Shown: piece after piece, positions 28,809 through 41,485 of the stretch | How positions within the stretch are numbered: the stretch's first letter is position 1 | Layout: each line of letters starts with the position of its first letter | From: Lingula anatina | Lineage: Eukaryota; Animalia; Brachiopoda | Length of the DNA stretch: 64,000 nt | NCBI GenBank assembly: GCA_051362555.1 | Contig: CM120641.1 | Location: 39,872,401-39,936,400 of the forward strand | Direction: 5' to 3' | The notes under the pieces: generated by a model | The model's input: the letters and a program-made list of their open reading frames with translations, nothing else | What the model was told of the DNA's origin: nothing | Database searches by the model: none | Made by a program: the position numbers and the translations under genes

Positions 28809-31800
28809 AATAAAATAATCAAATTACCATCTTCCTTGTCCCTTCTTCTCATTTCCTCAAAACTAACTTCTCTTTTGAGTTTTTCTGCCAGATTGGAATC
28901 TGTTAAGACACAGTAGTTGTTATTTTGTTCATACCAAATATTAACCATTGCATCTTTGTCTCTTGTAAAATAGAAGAACAGAGACATTGTGTGACAGTGA
29001 TATACTTTTATAATATCTATCATATCAGTTTATAAAGCACCAGATTGTAAAGAAATTAAGTCAATGTAAGAAAATATTGGTGAAGTGGTAAAAACAATTG
29101 TAAAAACGTACCAGTAGTGAATTTCCTTCGTCTCAATATTGAAGCTGGCTCTGAAATAGGAGTGGGATCTGCATCTCCGCCCTCACCTGGCGACACTGTC
29201 CTGTCAGTGTGCTTCTGCAGAGATTCTGGGTGAAACATAAACGAGTTCATTAGGATAGGAGGCTTGATGTAACAATTATGTAGTTTGGATATCTATATTC
29301 AGGGGCGGATTCAGAGATATTTTCTGACGGTCTTCCAAAGTTACTTTTCTTCCATTTTTGACCGTCTTCCGACAGAAAAAATCAATACTCGTCAATGTAA
29401 ACTTGAAAATCTGACAGTCTTCTGGAAGACCCAGAAGATGGCCTAAATCCACCCCTGATAAATTTGAAAATTTGTCACTTGTTATCAAACTTTCAGATAC
29501 AAATAATCAAACTGTTTTTGGACTAAATCATGTTTCTGTAAACATGCTTGGTAAATTCAATTCAAATAATTACTTCAGTGAATTACTGTCATCCAAATCA
29601 ATCCACCCCCAGAAAACTTACCTTTATACTGCTGCTTTCCAACCTCTGCATAGACAACAGTGAAGAAATCTAAACTTTTCACAGTGATGGGATGCTGCTC
29701 CCCAAATACCTGCTGCCTCAGCTTGGTTGCCTATGGGAAACGGTGAACAACAAACGTTACTTATCAAATTATTTATAATGCCATGAAGCAGATAATGAAA
29801 CTTGTTAAAGAGTTCTAAACACCATACTAAGTATTTGTATCTTTTCCTTTGGAAACCATCTACATTAAGAATTGAAAATCTTAGCTCTCTATTTTAATCT
29901 TCAGTATATAAACTCTCTTCATTTGACATTCACCAGGATTTGATTTTACACATATTACATATTCATTAATGGGTCTAATTTTCTTAATCTTTCTTTACAC
30001 AGAACATGATACTGTGGGCATTTCTAGAGTAATCTTATATGTGTTACCTTGGCAATGTAATCCAAAGCTAGCCTTGGCCTGCAAAATGACAAGACTGCTC
30101 AAAAAAGTATTCAAACAACAGTTTGCTTGACATCTTTGAAATCTCTTTTCAACATCATATTTAATTCAAAACAGAAATTGTAAATCATTATCTCTTATTA
30201 AAAATTCCCTTGTTAAGTAAGAAACACGGTAACCAGCCCATACGTACTGATCTCTCTCCAGACACAGTTTTGACAACTCTTCATATTCTGTGGCTCTCAA
30301 AGCATCAAGGCTTTCTTCTCCAGTGTCAGGCGGTGAGGTATCTCCCGACTCTTTCTCCTTCTTTCTGTCCTCTAAACACAGAAAGACAGTAGATAAAGTA
30401 TGTTAAAGGTACATATGAACTGAGCATCGGCGGAGTGTGGATTCCCAGTAACACATATAAACCACTTCTACTAGTTTCTTATACAAATCAAATATAGGCA
30501 ATATCATCGTCGACATGCCAAGGGATAACCTGAATAAATCACTTGATCAGCCATAAAAGAGTTTTAGACTGCTCCTTTCTTTAAATTTTTGGTCAGAAAT
30601 TTAACCAACTTATGTGACCTACTTTTCTGCCCCATGTATACACAGCATAGAAAGCTAGCAAGAAAATCCGTTCAAATATCATTTTTGGGTAATATTGATC
30701 GATGACTTTTGGTAATTCCCTTAGTTATACTATTTGAACCTATGTGCTTGTTGGTTTTTGTGGCAAAAAATTGACTTCATATGCATCTTTAAGAGAGACA
30801 TTTCTATATGTCACTACACAACACATGCCCTACTGCACTAAACAAAACGGGCGTGTCAGCACAAGCTGAATGTATCTTTGTATAAAGGTGCATTGGTACC
30901 TGCTGTCCTTAGTATTTGAATGCCAACTGCCACTGAACCAACATCTTAAATTATGTTTGTACCAATAAATCACAGGATTAAAGAAGCCCCTTACCAATAA
31001 ACAATTGAACTATCTGGAAGTATCCATAACCACACAAACTTGTAATTTCAAAATAATCAATATTTTAAAAAACCATTGACCGAATAACTAACTTTTTAAC
31101 AGCATTTTAATGTGTTGCAAATGAAACTTAAAGCATTCCTAAGACTGATATTTTTCTTAGTACTTACAAAAAATCTTGGTGTCTACAAAAAACAACAGAA
31201 CAATGTGATTTTGCAATGTACACTTACCAACCCTCTTCTCCAGCCCCATGGTGTCAATTAAGGCACTCTCATAGTACATTTTCTCTGCTTGTATAAACTG
31301 AATAGCTTTTTCATCTGCTTAGAGTTGAGGAAGGATAACAGTAAACAGAATTTTTTTTTTATTTACAACAAACATCCATATGGGAATTTTCAAACTGTTA
31401 AAGGTCTTCATACTACAAATGGCTTTCTGCTATTTACATTAATAAGGATACATTCTTCTTTTTTAAAATAAACATCAGCCACCTAAAATGAGGAAAAAAT
31501 AATGGATAAGTGAGGTCCTTGAATAGAAAGTTCAACTGACAAATTTTCATAGTAAATACTAGTATAAATGGTATGTAAATCAACAATATCTTCAAGCAAT
31601 GCTGGCGATGTTAATACATGTTTAACTATTCTGATAAGAAATCAGTGCTCTACCAAGACCTGTCACTCTGGCGGCCCCATGACCAGTTTAAAGCTCTGTT
31701 TTACCATGAAATTATATACCATTACTGACTTACACTATGGAGACACTGTGGTAAGTATGTGAACCCGCTCCCCTCCTCCAGGCCAGTCAAACAGCCTAGG

Positions 31801-32651
31801 TAACACTTCAAAGCCAGCTGTGCTTTACCATTGTCTTCATACTGCCTGCCCCTCTCAAATAAACGGTTTCTTCCTGGACCATCAAGATCTGCCAGGTTAC
31901 CCAAGTTTAAGACTTCTGGAAATCAATTTGCATCCTTAACAGTATATTCAATGACTAGAAACTGGTACTAGTCAGATTTTGAAGAGTATACCAACTATAG
32001 AGCATTAGTAAAAAGGCCTTGATTGTTTTTGTTTCCTGTTCAGAGTTTCATGGTTTTATCACAACTACAAATATATCTGACATTTTGAATTTAATTCAAA
32101 GAAAATCAATTGAAAATGAGTGAAATGATAATTGCAATCTTTATTTCATTACAATGATGATGAAATACTTTATAATACTTCTAATCAACTCCAATTTATA
32201 CCTGCATCTCCGATCTCTTCAACAGATTCTGCTGCCTTTGACAATTCTGTAGATGCTTCATGGCCTTCTACTTCTCTGGCTCCTTCACCTTCTGTATTTG
32301 CTGCTGCAGCTCCACCTTCTGTAGGAGTTTCTAAATCAGAAAACATAGTCAGATGCTAATGGAAGACACTGTTATTATTTTCAGTTTTTGTTTATCTTTA
32401 TCAAAGAAATTTCCATAATAAAACATCAGATGTTTAATGCTGCTAAACTTACCTTTCTCAGTGCTGTCAGAAATCTGTTTCTTTGGGGTGTTTTTCTTCT
32501 TCTTTTTCTTCTGAGGTGAAGTTTTCAATTTTTCAGGGCTCCCTTTCAGCATTTTCTCAGGCTGCACTGCTTTCTGACTCATGCTGGCATCATCTTGTTC
32601 CACTTGCATCTCCTGCAGGGACTGGTTTTCTTTATCCCCAGACTCTGCCAT
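28350..32651 (-). CDS. CNST: Consortin-like protein (TPR-like helical N-domain, PP1-docking motifs, C-terminal transmembrane segment)
   Basis: Exons 32651-32453, 32330-32202, 31915-31734 (..LALKCYLGCL..YLPQCLHS), 31482-31452 (VADVYFKKEE), 31314-31229 (YEKAIQFIQAEKMYYE), about 30371-30248, about 30078-30048 (PRLALDYIAK), about 29730-29622 (ATKLRQQVFGEQHP), about 29226-29112 (..PASILRRRK), about 28899-28828 (KREVSF) and about 28576-28350 (TM LLWIFLGVLSIMLVVLLTTLYC..STC). This resembles the recalled consortin signature LPxCLHxIAxxYFxxExYEKAxxFIQxE and the C-terminal TM-LYC..C module. Confidence 0.85.
28766..28808. repeat. (TAAC)n tetranucleotide microsatellite
   Basis: taactaactaac.., about 10 units. 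Confidence 0.95.
29300..29457. mobile_element. Small MITE with CAGGGGYGGATT terminal inverted repeats (hAT-like)
   Basis: caggggcggattcag at 29300 pairs with cctaaatccacccctg ending at 29457. No intact 8-bp target duplication is visible. Confidence 0.6.
31315..31451 (-). other. U12-type (minor spliceosome) GT-AG intron of the consortin-like gene
   Basis: Minus-strand donor GTATCCTT. Branch site TTCCTCAAC lies about 10 nt upstream of the CAG acceptor, with no polypyrimidine tract. Splicing joins T|AT to give KKEE-Y-EKAIQF in frame. Confidence 0.85.
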
Positions 32652-33944
32652 TACAGCACTGCCACCACTCTTGATATCAACACAGACACTTTACCTCAAC
32701 CACTAAGAAAGAAGAGGTTTATACATGTAGAGTATTATGCACTGCCCTAGTCCCAGTAAATTTTTTCTAGCATGCAAAACTCAATGACAGAAAATACTAG
32801 CACAGCATATTTTAATTACCTGTAAAAGCACTGTTGTTAGAGACTGAAAATTTTAAATATAAATTTAAGTTCTAGTACTACATATTGCAGTACCGACCTA
32901 GACAGAGGACTGTGGCTCTAGATATTCACAATTATAAATAAATGAACATGTGAAATCAACACAACTAGGTACATGTATATCACAATGTGCCAGTGGCCAC
33001 TGTCCAGCTGCAGTGCTGGCAAAGCTGTGACTGGCCTGCTCACAGGTCGCATAATATTTATGACATCCCTTTCAAATCTCTCTTTTAGCGCTGTGCAATT
33101 TATACCATTTAAAAGTTTAGAAAACGTGCAATCTAATGAAAAAAAAACGTGAAAATTGAACGATGCTAAGTATAGTTAATTTGATGAGCTGGACACAGGT
33201 TTTTGGCTGAAAAGTGAGGACACTTTGGGTGTAATATGTATAATATATATTTTCCTGATCAGTTTGATTTTTTTCTGATATACTCAACACAACAGAATGC
33301 ATAAAAAGTTACTACGGTACATGTATATACCAGTAAATAGACAAACTAAGTTGTGCTATAATGCTACTAATCATTCCACAAGTTGAACCATATCGCTTTC
33401 CTGCCAACAACCCATCATAACTTCGCATAATGCCCATAATGCAAACAGCATCTATTATGTAAAATATGCAAAAATCACTGATTGTTTACCTTGGCAGCAA
33501 TGTTTAGACTTTCAACACAACCGCCATTTGCAAACCACTTCCGATGCACGAAATGCCAGGTGGCAGCACTTCGTATCAACTCCGCATAACTATGTCCTAA
33601 ACGATCATAATCTTCATAATCACCCATCATAATCGCTCTTGGTGTGCATGGGTATGTAACATGAGGAGATTTGATACACCTCAACTGCGAAAATGTAGAT
33701 TTATTGCAAATGTAGCTTTTTTTTTAAAGAGTGGACTACCCCACAGACTCACCCAAAATGTGTTCTAGGGGTTTCTTGTCACTGTACATAGTATCAGTTT
33801 GGAATAAATATCAGTAAATAATAAAAAATGATTAGAAAGTTTTTTTCAAAATTAGGAATGGGTGTCTTTCCAGTCTGTAAAAGAGCACATAAGAAAACAG
33901 ATATTGCCCAGTATGATGTATTTACTTTAAACAAAGTCGAAACA

Positions 33945-34082
33945 AAGCAAAAAAAAAAAAATAAATAAATAAAATAAAAAAATAAAAAAATTTAAAAAAA
34001 TAATAATAATATATAAATAAATATATAAAATGAATAAAATAAAATAATTAATTAATCAGTAAATAAAAAATAATAAAATAAT
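33945..34082. repeat. A/T-rich low-complexity tract
   Basis: Runs of aaataaaataa, seen directly. Confidence 0.85.
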
Positions 34083-35774
34083 GATATTTGCTTCAGCATC
34101 ATCATTGTGCTATTTAATGAGGGTGTATAGAGTTTAAGTCAAAATTAATAAAAACGGGTTACTCTAAAAATTATTTTACAAAATATGCAGAACCTCATCA
34201 AATTGAAAATATATATACTGAGACTATATGGGCTCAAAATGAGTAAAGATGTTTATCTGGATGAGATCAATTTTGTTCGACATGAGAAAAGTAGCACTCC
34301 AAGACTTCTTTTTTCTTCAAATACCATCTTTGCTCTAAATGATATTTGCAGAAGTGCATTGATGTGATGGATAATTTTTTTTTCATTTTTGTGAAAGATT
34401 GTTCTGTTATAATACAAAAAATTTACATCAACTACTGATCTTTAAAGAAAATGCAACTTCCATACATAATGCATGGTATCTTTAGCTGCAAAGTTACATC
34501 CCAGTTGCCACACTTTTGCATGATTCTTTCACGATCTTGTAGAATATGTATTATAAATTTAAATTTCACATTTATTAAGACACCAGTCAAAAACAAAACT
34601 TTCCTATACCTCCAGTATATGTAATTTTATTTACATTGTTTTAATCATTATCTTTGTTACAATTTTAATGACTATATTCAGTCATAAGTAAAGTAGAAGA
34701 GTTAAGCCAAAGACTGGCTACGACTACAAGCAACACCAGACCTTTCATTTTATTCGAATCATTTGTCACCAACTGTGTTTTTTATTTGCAGACCAAACAA
34801 ATCTTGCACAATTGGTAAAGATTAATTAGTTTAAATATTGAAATTAATGTAACATTTTTTAAATTTATTTAAATGCAACTTTTCTTATTCCTCTGATCAT
34901 TTACATAAATCAAGACTGTCATACACATTAAAAGTTACTCCTTGAACCAAATTCTCACAGCCTGCAAGACAATTTAGTTAAAAAGATCAAAGAGGTATCT
35001 ATAAAATAGACACATTTAACTAAACTAATTTTAATCAATAAAAGTGAACATCTGAATGTTAAATCTGCCTTAATGTACATGTTTAAAAGATGAAACAGTT
35101 TTTCAAATAGTAACTATATGAATAGTACTAGACAAATCCAATAAAAGTGATTTTGTTAAAGATTTCAAATTGCAAGTTCACCTTTACAGCCAATAAACAT
35201 GCAAACAAATTAGAATCCCAACAGACTCACAACTTTCATTAAAACCTTGCATCTTTTTTGAAAAAACGTTGGCATATGTTTATTAACAGAGATTCAACAA
35301 TGACAAGTCAACATTGAAAAATTTATGGTACATGATTTTATGCTGAATAAAATTACATTCATTTAGCATTGAGCATTGGACCTTCTAAATTCTCTTCATT
35401 GAATGAATGAAGGTTCTGAATTCAAGGAGTAAAAAACATAACTGTGCCATTGATTCATTTGCTTTCAAAGAGGGACTATATTTCAGGGCAAGAAATTTCA
35501 AAGTTGATTCCAGTTTTGAAAACCAAACACAAATTAGATGTTGATTCAACATTTACTCAACCATTGCATCCATGCTTGGTGTCTACAGATCCTTATATTC
35601 AGTTCTAAAGAACAAAGGGACATCACCTGTATATGATAAATTGTATCTACCATAATAAGATAAGTCCATAAACTTTTGATAATAAATAAAAATCAGTGGA
35701 AGAAAGTACAGCTTGTTACAATGAAATAACCCATTTCACTAAGGAAGACCAATTCTGATAGATTTTTTCAAATC

Positions 35775-35775
<1 letters not shown>

Positions 35776-35811
<36 letters not shown>

Positions 35812-35812
35812 T
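35776..35812. repeat. (TA)n microsatellite
   Basis: Seen directly. Confidence 0.9.
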
Positions 35813-35879
35813 GAGGACAGCATGACAATGATTTTCAGTAAGGTAGCTACAGTGAGCACATCAGATAAAACTGGCAAAA

Positions 35880-38483
35880 TCATTCATCACTTTTTGTTTC
35901 TCTTTCATCATCAACATTAGCACCAAGGCCCTGCCTCCGCTGACGTAGATGTGCTGTAATGGGCGTCTGTATTCCACTTCCTGTGGGACCCAATCCTGTC
36001 CCTGGGACCCACCCCATGGTCTGTAACATCTTGTTGCCTATGTTGTCCTCTGGGATTGGACTGGCATCACCTCCAACTAAATCTAAAATGGAAAGTATAA
36101 GATTTTTCATTTGATTATCCCGAGATGTGAAGCCAATAGGAACATTTAATATATAAAATATATTATATAAAATATCTATTTAATTTAGTTTTAAAGGCCT
36201 GGGAACAATTCTGACAGACTGTTTAGATCATCAGGCCAAAGTGATGAGTCACAGCAAATATTACCCTATGTGCAAATGACCAAAAGCATAAAATATCAAC
36301 AACTCAATAAAACCAGGACATCTGCTTGTCAGTGATTCTGCATTTGTTAACAGTTATGATTAACCCACAAATAAAAAATCCAATTTAATTAGAATACAAA
36401 TTATTCAAATCATCCTATTAATACAAACAAGGTGATCACTGTCCCCTGTACATCCCCAACCAGGTCCTTTGGACTTTTCTGACTTTATGACAAACCTTCA
36501 TCAACAGGACTTGTTGGGGGAGTTTTCCTCCTCCTTTTAACGTCCCCAGACTGGTTTGGAGATGCTAACTGCCAGAGCCCGGATGGATCAGATTTCTTCT
36601 GGTGTCTGTCTTGGAAGAACTTGTATGCAGTGTATCCTGGCCTCTGAATGTTTATCAAATGTTTAATTCATTGGTTTGTTACACGTTCAAGGAACACAAC
36701 AAAACTATTTCCCTGGCTACTTCGAAGCATGATTTAAACCTAATGTTCATATAGATTAAGGAGAAAGATTCAAGGATGCATAATATAACTTCCTTCTTGA
36801 ATTACTGACAAAAAACATTGATTGTGGATCATTTACCTACCCTGTCTTTTAATCTCCTTCTTCCTAGTCTTATTTCTCTGCCATGCTGGAATAAAGAAGT
36901 GAGGTCTCTGTATAGTTTTCACTTTAATGTTTGTAAAACAATCACAACCAAACACAAGTCAAAATATAAGTGTCAGTAATCTGTCAGTTGATAAGTTCAT
37001 GATATTAGACAATTTATACTTTTTAATATCAAATAAGCATTACATGTTAAACTGACAACAAGAATTGTTATCAAGCAGTGCACAATTTGAAAAATCTACC
37101 TTTATTCAAATCTTTCAAAACAAATATTCTCATCAAAGTAATTAAAACTTACCAAACCAGCCACCTTCTTTAAGCGAGCCTGGAAACCTCTCCTGGATTC
37201 CACAGACATATGGTCCAAACTCCCATTGAGGATTTCCTTGAATTTTTTGTCTTGTGAATCCTCTTCTATCTTCTGTTTTTCCCACCATGGAATAATACCA
37301 GGGATCCCACACACAGGGCCAGTCTCATGGAAGAAATCACTCTGTTCATCATCACCTAGAAAAAATATAAAATACAAATGCCTCACTATGGTGAAGACAG
37401 TGGTGTAGCAGCTGTCTATTTTTATTTATAAAAACATAATGACATGCCATACCATTTTATCTAAATCAAGAAAGACAAACAGAGCTTCTTGGAAACTAGG
37501 ACAACCGTGAGGGAGTCCAAAATTAACCTTTTTCAGGTCTGTAAAAACTCTTTGATGTAATAATTAAGAAAACAAACACTTTACCATCTTGTCCTTCTTC
37601 ATCATAAGTTTCTGGTTCACTGCTGCTCAGAGAACTACTGGTGCTGTCCCTAAAATAAATACGTCATATAAGAAATTTTAAATCACATAATACCAAGCTT
37701 TTTTGCATTATCGTAGATTTAATTTTTCAGATATCCATGTGAAATGTGGTCAAGGTATTCTCTTAAGAGATAAAAATATTTTAGATTATTAAGAGTTTAA
37801 CTGGAACCAATTTAGAAGCACAGGTGGTTATTGATGCGATCATCATGTTTAATGACTGTAAAAAAAAAATCAAATGCTTACTGCCATTTCTCAGTTTCCA
37901 TTTTATCTCCGCCATCTAAGACATTCTCTTTACTGGCCATTTCTTTAAAACTTCTTTTCTTTGATGCCATCCCACCCTCTTTATCACTATCCATGCTCTT
38001 GTCTTTCAGAGATCCTTTTCCTTTCATTCTCTTCTTTCGTGGTTTGTATTCTTGCATAGCAATATCTGAACCAGGGTCAGGATCAACTGCCATTTTGAAT
38101 TTTCTTCTTCGTCTACTCTGAGCCCTCAGTGGTGATACAGTTTCTGTTACAGAGTCTGATTCTGCTAATGAGATGGCATGTTGGGGTAAAGCCAATGAAG
38201 AGAAACGCCTTGCTATGGCCAGATCATCCGAGTCACTTTGCTGAGCAGCGTTCTCCATGTAATCCTTCAAAGCACCATCTAAACTGGATTCAGAGGCCTC
38301 AGTCATGTTTCCAAACTCCACATGAAAATTTTGGCTTGTCCTTCGTTTTTTATTCTTGCGTTTCTTGCAAGCTCTTGTCCTGACATAGCCCATAGACATA
38401 CCATCGTCACTTTTGGCTCTCCTCTCATTCTGTTTGGAACTCTCCTCTAAAGCATTGGTCAGATCTTGGACCAGTTCATCCAT
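35880..38483 (-). CDS. GPATCH2: G-patch domain-containing protein 2
   Basis: [17 protein letters not shown]-terminus, [27 protein letters not shown] and GIIPWWE motifs, and C-terminal G-patch [34 protein letters not shown]. Exons 38483-37882, 37649-37585, about 37355-37153, about 36885-36841, about 36643-36496 and about 36082-35880 are phase-compatible. An alternative in-frame ATG is at 38549, and a probable 5' UTR exon has its donor at about 39507. Confidence 0.93.
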
Positions 38484-39539
38484 CTTGTAAATGTCATATG
38501 TGGAGAACACTTGCAAGTTTTCCAGGTCTTTCACGATACTGTTGTCCATTAGAACCTTTCTAAGGCTCTGAAGAACTGAAGAGCAAGACAGCAAACTTGT
38601 CAAATGAACAGACCAATATCAGTAAAAAAAACTTTGAAAGGTTTTGGAGAAAAAAAATTGAAAAATTGTTTCAGAGCATTTCTGATGTTTTAAAAATAAT
38701 CACAAATGATAATTAAATGTCTACCTTTTTATAAGTGCTGGTAATCACCATCAGGGTACTGCTTAAAAGAGAGAAAAAAGATGCAATGCATAAATGACCC
38801 TAACATAAAAATTAATGTTTTATTACAAAGTAAACCCAAACCAACCTTTTCAAATTTCAATTGTTACTTTATTCAGTCATAAATAAAATAACAAATGAAA
38901 TGTTTCATACTACATAAGACTACTAAATAAAAAAAATAATAATATTAAATAATGATAATCATTATTACATTGAAACTAAATTACATATACATGTTCTTGT
39001 TTACGATTAAATGTACAAAATAAGAATCTGATACATCAGCTGTACATAAGGCGGTATTAGTTAATAATATTAGATAAAGGGCCAGTCCAATGAGTGGTGG
39101 CTTGGCAATAAAATCAAGCGTCTGCTTCGCTCAGCCTTCATGCTAATTAATATACCTATATCAACTGTTTTCCTTCAACTTGAAACAAAAAGTTAATTCA
39201 ATGTGATCACAAAAGTACATCAAAACAATTGTCATGAGAGAAGCAGGAGTTTAAACAACCACTAAATCACTACCGTTGCGATATCAGCGTAAAATGAAAC
39301 TTCGGTGCTTTGAATTTTGTACATGCTCGCCAGTCACCGTGCGATACAGTACAGTAGCTTGTACAAGTTGTAGCATGTCCAATCTGACGTCCATGTTCAT
39401 TACGTGATTAAAAACGATCGTAAGAAAACACGCATTTTGTAGAATCATAAATGCGTTGGTTCTCATCTTTCAACTTTACACACAGTCTAGAATCGATTTA
39501 TACTTACCTTATCAAGTTGAAAATGGACTTTAAATGTGA

Positions 39540-39660
39540 CATTTCGAGAAAGCTGCAAGAGCACTCGCCATGTTTGTTGTTATCTCGAATGTTCTCGCGA
39601 GAATGCACATGTATAAAGTGCTCCACTTCCCGGTGCGTCACAACAAACAGAACAAGCAAT
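39540..39660. promoter_or_regulatory. Bidirectional promoter GPATCH2/TEX43 with palindromic TCTCGCGAGA motif
   Basis: CpG-enriched patch between the divergent first exons. TCTCGCGAGA at 39593-39602 and an ETS-like cacttccc nearby. Confidence 0.6.
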
Positions 39661-40532
39661 GGATAGGTTTGGACGTTCTCAAGTGACCAGGTAAGATAAT
39701 ATTATGAACTGTGACAATTTTGAGACAAAGTCAGATTTGAAAAAAATCATATCGACTTAGCACAAGTGTACTGTGGTCAGCCCTTGTTATATTTAATCAA
39801 ATTTACAAACTATAAAGTGCAATGATCATACTTGGTAACCAAGGACGCACAGGTGCTATATACAGGTGAGATAGAGAAAAATAAACTACAGGGTCATTCT
39901 TCACAAATTTCGATTGGTACCATTCAGAGTTTCTGAATATGGAAGACATAAATAATTGTTACTTATACTGTAATCATATATGGTTTCAGGGTCCCTGCGT
40001 ACTCCAGGAATCACCCAATTATTCCCCGGTTGTATGTACCAGAATGGAAGACAGATATGAAAAACAGAAAACTCATCATCCAGGTACTTTTCTTAGATTT
40101 TAAGAAAATAATATTAACCTTTTTTTGTGAGAGAAGAGAGAGAGAATTTTATTTCTTAGAAGTTATATTGAAGTCATTTGACAACATTTGTGTGTACTGT
40201 GTGTGATAAAGATAATGCCGGTTTCTCCACCCCACCAACTTCTAAACTTTGAAAGGCAATTTCTTAAATAAATACAATGTTTTTTAATACCTTAGAATGC
40301 TGAGCTTGGGGGAGTACCACACCATGAACATGATGAGAATCTGTACCTAGAGAAGAGGGAACAAATGTCATATAATGTAGAGCCTAGACACAGAATTAAT
40401 CAAAGGTATCAACTTCCTTCGCGAGCTCAACTATTACGACCAGATTTCCACCACGAGACTTCTCGATACCAAAGTGAACTGATGATGAGAAGGGATGCCC
40501 CACCAACTAAGCTCGATGTTGATTACAACTGA
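39659..40532 (+). CDS. TEX43: Sperm microtubule inner protein TEX43/SPMIP10-like, 120 aa
   Basis: Exons 39659-39690, 39990-40083 and 40296-40532 give MDRFGRSQVTRVPAYSRNHPIIPRLYVPEWKTDMKNRKLIIQNAELGGVPHHEHDENLYLEKREQM..ETSRYQSELM... This matches the recalled TEX43 pattern PxxSxxxxxIPRxYVxxWKxxMxxR..AExxG..LxL..SRYQS. It is absent from the ORF track because the exons are short. Confidence 0.82.
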
Positions 40533-41485
40533 ACTTGTTGCATTCCTCATGACATTTCTGATTAATTAGATGATTGGTTTTACTCCCAGACAGTATCAGT
40601 GGGATGCCTAAACACTCCTTTGCTTTGGAAACGATAAAACATTTTGACAATCGTTTGGAAATTTATCAGCAGTGGAAGCAAAGCATTTCACTTTAACACC
40701 AGCAGAAAAACTTTACTATGTGGCAGAGAGGATTCTGCACATATATTAATCAATATTTGCTCCTGTGTTTACAAGTATTTGTTATTGATGCTGTTAAGTA
40801 AACAAACCAAATGTTCAATCATAAAATCAATAATCTGTTTGAAGAAATATAATTTATTTCAAGTTAAAGTACCAAACATGTGATGGAAGTGTAATATATA
40901 GATATAAATGTATGTACAATATATTTTTGAACAAGGCAAATATTTGCTGATAAAAATCATCATATAAGGATTCATTTGACAGGCAAATATATTTCAATTT
41001 TAAATCATGGATATTTTACAAGCAAGGCCATCAAGGTTTATCCTGAACAAATGTCACATTAATAAACTCTTCATTCCATCATTTACTAGTTGTATTGTAC
41101 TGACTGACTTGGTATGATATATATAGAAGACAAACAAACTATATAAATTACACAGGCACAACAATTACTTTTATAATGGTAGACATGTTCTACTATACAA
41201 ACAGTTTCATAAATTGTACTTTACGCCTCAAATGTAAAATTATTTCACACAAACTTCTAAATGTAATTTGAGAAAACAAAATCTGAACTATGGTATTTTA
41301 CTGGGCTATATAATAATAAAAGCTCGTGCTCCATGAAAACATCCACACCAATAACTTATATTTAATTTGATCAGTAAAATATACAAGATACAAAGTGGCA
41401 AAAGGCATATACGTATTTTTCATTTCTGCATCAAATCGATATCAATCTGACATTCGTTCTTTCAGCAAAGACCAAATGCACAAAA

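Noticed and set aside
40853-41006. Overlapping convergent 3' UTRs of TEX43 and KNL1
   Set aside because: It depends on which poly(A) signals are used. KNL1 has an earlier ATTAAA at about 41361, so overlap cannot be shown.
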